Shown: positions 5,699 through 7,894 of the stretch, piece after piece
How positions within the stretch are numbered: position 1 is the stretch's first letter
How the letters are laid out: every line of letters starts with the position of its first letter
Source: a virus
Strand: one strand, 5' to 3'
DNA: 7,894 nucleotides
Virus record (IMG/VR): IMGVR_UViG_3300011013_000867
Location: 1 to 7,894 of that record
The notes under the pieces: model-generated
The model's input: the letters and a program-made list of their open reading frames with translations, nothing else
Database searches by the model: none
Told to the model about the DNA's origin: nothing
Program-made: the position numbers and the translations under genes

Positions 5699-6798
5699 CT
5701 AAAAAGACCTCCAGAACCAAAAAGATAAGTATTATTATTATCAAACTTTTGAATAGTCTTAATCTTATTAGCATTAACATATTTATCCAAAATCTTAAAT
5801 TTATAATTATTTAAAGAATAGCAATAAAAAAAATATAAACCATATGAACGCTTAAATATAAGCTTTTGACCTTTAATAATATATTTAACAAATGCAACAT
5901 TCAAATAAACATCTTTGTAATAACAGCTATCCTTACTACACTTAAAAAATACAATATTGTCAGAATTAGAAGTATTATCAACAAAATTATTCTTACCATT
6001 TTCAGATTGATATTGTTTAATATTAGATTGACTTAAAACTTTTTCATTGTCAACAGGAACATTTTTTTTATCTTCAGAAGAAGACATAAAATATCGAATA
6101 ATAAAAAAAGCAAGAAAAAATAAAAGCAATAAAACCAAAGCAATAAGACCAAATTTTTGTATAAAACTCTTATTTTGAACAGAAGAGCCAGAATTATATA
6201 ACAAAAAAACGTCAGGAATAACAGAAACAGATATAACAGAAACTTTTTGAGTATTATACATTTTATCGCCAGAGTACAAATTGTATCTCATTTTGTTTTT
6301 TGAAATCCTCAAAGAAGATGGAAAAGCTTTATAAAAATGCTCCGAGAAAGCTTTATATTTTGAATCAACGAGAGATAAATTTTGAGTTACTAAAATTATC
6401 TCTTGATACAAATGCCTTGCATATGAAAGCCACCAAATTAAAACATCGTCTTTCTTGCTCAAATAATTATGACATTCATCAAAAACAATCAAACATCTTG
6501 ATAATTTATATTCAGAAGCTTTTTCATTTAATTCAACATCAGTAACATTATCTTTATAAAGAGCATATAAATCTGATAAATAATTGTAAAAATTCTTAAA
6601 ATTTATATTTTCAACATTATCAAATTTTGATAAATCCAAACCATTGATATTAGTATAGCAAAAATCAATATTTTTTACTTCAAAATCTTTCTTTATCTTT
6701 TTTTTTAACTCTTCATCTTTAACGAAGTTTTTAACAATAAATAGTAGTGAAAAATAAGTTTTACCACTTCCAATTACACCTGTAACAAAGCGTATCAT
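5695..6798 (-). CDS. 367-aa pI/Zot-family P-loop assembly ATPase
   Basis: An N-terminal Walker A (MIRFVTGVIGSGKTY), a Walker B (CLIVFDECH) and a central TM segment (FGLIALVLLLLFFLAFFIIRYF) precede a Cys-containing C-terminal domain. The gene sits directly upstream of the secretin with 4-nt overlaps on both sides. Confidence 0.9.
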   Translation of the reverse strand: MIRFVTGVIGSGKTYFSLLFIVKNFVKDEELKKKIKKDFEVKNIDFCYTNINGLDLSKFDNVENINFKNFYNYLSDLYALYKDNVTDVELNEKASEYKLSRCLIVFDECHNYLSKKDDVLIWWLSYARHLYQEIILVTQNLSLVDSKYKAFSEHFYKAFPSSLRISKNKMRYNLYSGDKMYNTQKVSVISVSVIPDVFLLYNSGSSVQNKSFIQKFGLIALVLLLLFFLAFFIIRYFMSSSEDKKNVPVDNEKVLSQSNIKQYQSENGKNNFVDNTSNSDNIVFFKCSKDSCYYKDVYLNVAFVKYIIKGQKLIFKRSYGLYFFYCYSLNNYKFKILDKYVNANKIKTIQKFDNNNTYLFGSGGLFR

Positions 6799-7226
6799 GC
6801 AACACCACGAAGAGCATCTTTAATTAAATTTTTTAATATTCTTTTTGCTTCAACTGACATTTTATAAAAAATAAAAGTGAAAACAAATAAAATTGAAGAG
6901 AAAAAAATAGGTTTTGATTGATTAATACCATCTAAAAAACCAGAGCAAGAAAGCATATGAGAAATCATTTTAAAAATACAACTTGATTGAGAACTAACAG
7001 AGCCAGAGCTACCAGAAGCTAAAATTTGTATATTATGTAATACATTTGTTATTAAATTGTATAAATCAGAAAGAGTAACAAGTATAAAAACATAAAAAGT
7101 TATAACAGCAGAATAATAAGATACCAAAAAAGTATATTCTATCGCAATTACAACTGTTTTAGTAGAAAATTTCTTAACAAAGAAAGATATTAAATCACCC
7201 AAGAAAGCAACAATTGCACCCCACAT
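6795..7226 (-). CDS. 143-aa multi-pass membrane protein, pVI-like minor coat protein (by position)
   Basis: GGAG lies inside the last codons of the pIII-like gene, with ATG at 7226. Several hydrophobic segments are present. The gene lies between the pIII-like and pI genes, as Ff gene VI does. I recognised no sequence motif. Confidence 0.55.
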   Translation of the reverse strand: MWGAIVAFLGDLISFFVKKFSTKTVVIAIEYTFLVSYYSAVITFYVFILVTLSDLYNLITNVLHNIQILASGSSGSVSSQSSCIFKMISHMLSCSGFLDGINQSKPIFFSSILFVFTFIFYKMSVEAKRILKNLIKDALRGVA

Positions 7227-7228
7227 AA

Positions 7229-7894
7229 TTAACTCCTAAATCTTAAAATTGTTTTAACAACTATAAGAATAGACAAAATACTTATTAAAATATTAATTAT
7301 TAATGCAATAATCGGAGCCATAGGAGAAATGTATGGACAAAAATCAATTGAGATCTCTTTACCGTTAAAAGGATTTCTAAATTTTGCACATACAGGAAGA
7401 TTATCATTTTTATGAATATCTAATTTAAAACCTCTTCTAAAAACATCTTTCGTTTTAGAAATCTCTCGAAATAAAGAATCAAAATCACTTTTAACATTAT
7501 CTTTAAATTTGTTAAAACCAGAAAACAAACTATCTTCTTTACCAGTCAAAGTATTTAAGCCACTTGTATCAATATTATAATTAACATCTTTACCAGCACC
7601 TTGACCAGCGTTACAATGTTTAAACTCATTATTACCAGAACTACCACCAGAGCTACCAGAACTACCACCAGAGCTACCAGAACTACCACCAGAGCTACCA
7701 GAACTACCACCAGAGCTACCAGAGCTACCACCAGAGCTACCAGAACTACCACCAGAGCTACCAGAACTACCACCAGAGCTAGTCAAAGGATCTGAAATAT
7801 TAGAATTAGATGAATTAGAATTAGAACTGTTATCAGAAGTAGATGAATTAGAATTAGATGAATTAGAATTAGAACTGTTATCAGAAGTAGATGA
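7229..7894 (-). CDS. pIII-like adsorption/minor coat protein, C-terminal part (Ser/Asn linker, (SSGGSSG)x7 linker, C-terminal domain with membrane anchor); 7799-7894 duplicates 1-96
   Basis: The reading frame stays open from the right edge to TAA at 7229-7231. The tracker's M at 7786 is a TTG inside ...SNSNISDPLTSSGG... The frame matches the 855-start ORF when 7799=1: codon first bases fall at 7786, 7789...7801=3, and 855 is also 0 mod 3. The C-terminus MAPIIALIINILISILSILIVVKTILRFRS is a hydrophobic anchor plus basic tail, as in Ff g3p. The joined product is 474 aa. Confidence 0.75.
   Translation of the reverse strand, partial: SSTSDNSSNSNSSNSNSSTSDNSSNSNSSNSNISDPLTSSGGSSGSSGGSSGSSGGSSGSSGGSSGSSGGSSGSSGGSSGSSGGSSGNNEFKHCNAGQGAGKDVNYNIDTSGLNTLTGKEDSLFSGFNKFKDNVKSDFDSLFREISKTKDVFRRGFKLDIHKNDNLPVCAKFRNPFNGKEISIDFCPYISPMAPIIALIINILISILSILIVVKTILRFRS
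7634..7780. repeat. Seven tandem 21-nt in-frame repeats encoding (SSGGSSG)x7
   Basis: The unit accagaactaccaccagagct starts at 7634, 7655, 7676, 7697, 7718, 7739 and 7760. Six copies are identical. The fifth has one substitution (a->g at 7724), which is synonymous on the coding strand (AGT->AGC). Confidence 0.95.
7799..7894. repeat. Terminal redundancy: exact copy of bases 1-96 (the same two 48-nt units)
   Basis: Direct comparison of the window ends. The identity starts at 'at' (7799-7800) after ...tctgaaat. Confidence 0.95.

Larger units (their letters stand above)
1..7894 (-). mobile_element. Complete, circularly permuted filamentous-phage-like (Inoviridae-type) genome; unit length 7,798 bp if the 96-nt terminal identity is a circularisation overlap
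   Basis: Bases 1-96 equal 7799-7894 (compared base by base). All supported genes are on one strand. Gene content and order match the Ff module order: Rep, ssDNA-binding, small coat proteins, pIII-like, pVI-like, pI/Zot, pIV secretin, hairpin-containing intergenic regions. Joining 7798 to 1 closes the pIII-like ORF in frame. Confidence 0.8.

Noticed and set aside
6300-6545. 81-aa plus-strand ORF
   Set aside because: It is antisense inside the pI/Zot gene. It has no RBS and no recognisable features.
2028-6798. Internal in-frame restart products analogous to Ff pX (within rep) and pXI (within the pI gene)
   Set aside because: Internal Met codons exist (e.g. before the pI TM segment), but I found no convincing RBS. 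Sequence alone cannot support the call.
7634-7780. Possible CRISPR array or other non-coding repeat array (also considered for 1-170)
   Set aside because: The units are directly adjacent with no spacers. Their lengths are multiples of 3, and they lie in frame inside a long ORF, encoding Gly/Ser and Ser/Asn linkers.
7784-7786. TTG start for a stand-alone 185-aa protein, as implied by the track
   Set aside because: The frame is open upstream to the window edge. No RBS precedes the TTG. The 185-aa piece would lack a signal peptide despite having a C-terminal anchor. The circular join gives a coherent pIII-like protein.
7555-7795. 72-aa minus-strand (7555..7773) and 64-aa plus-strand (7601..7795) ORFs
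   Set aside because: Both are alternative-frame or antisense readings of the 21-nt tandem repeat (VVLVALV... and TTRATR... periodic products). They are artefacts of the repeat.

Overview
The window appears to be one complete, circularly permuted genome of a small filamentous-phage-like (Inoviridae-type) ssDNA element. Bases 1-96 are identical to 7799-7894. Equating 7799 with 1 gives a 7,798-bp circle and closes, in frame, a gene that the window ends cut in two. The DNA is very AT-rich (roughly a quarter G+C by eye, not computed). All 12 supported genes lie on the minus strand, tightly packed, most with AGGAG-type ribosome-binding sites. Read along the minus strand the order is Ff-like: HUH rolling-circle Rep (3014->2028), putative ssDNA-binding protein (1969->1616), 59-aa major-coat-like protein (1496->1317), GC-stem terminator, 69-aa second coat-like protein (1214->1005), 42-aa hydrophobic protein (992->864), pIII-like adsorption protein (855->1, continuing 7798->7229), pVI-like membrane protein (7226->6795), pI/Zot P-loop assembly ATPase (6798->5695), and pIV secretin (5698->4523). 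After the secretin come a long AT-rich hairpin, an accessory pair of DNA-binding genes (247-aa winged-helix initiator-like protein 4163->3420 and a 54-aa ribbon-helix-helix protein 3371->3207, the latter absent from the ORF track), and a 46-nt island of about 72% G+C forming a 12-bp hairpin next to a TTGACA/TGTAAT promoter candidate just upstream of rep. Four of the genes (the major coat, the 42-aa ORF, the RHH ORF and the N-terminal part of the pIII-like gene) are not in the supplied track and were found by hand translation. I saw no integrase, transposase, tRNA, rRNA or CRISPR array. All family assignments rest on motifs recognised by eye and on synteny; no database search was possible.
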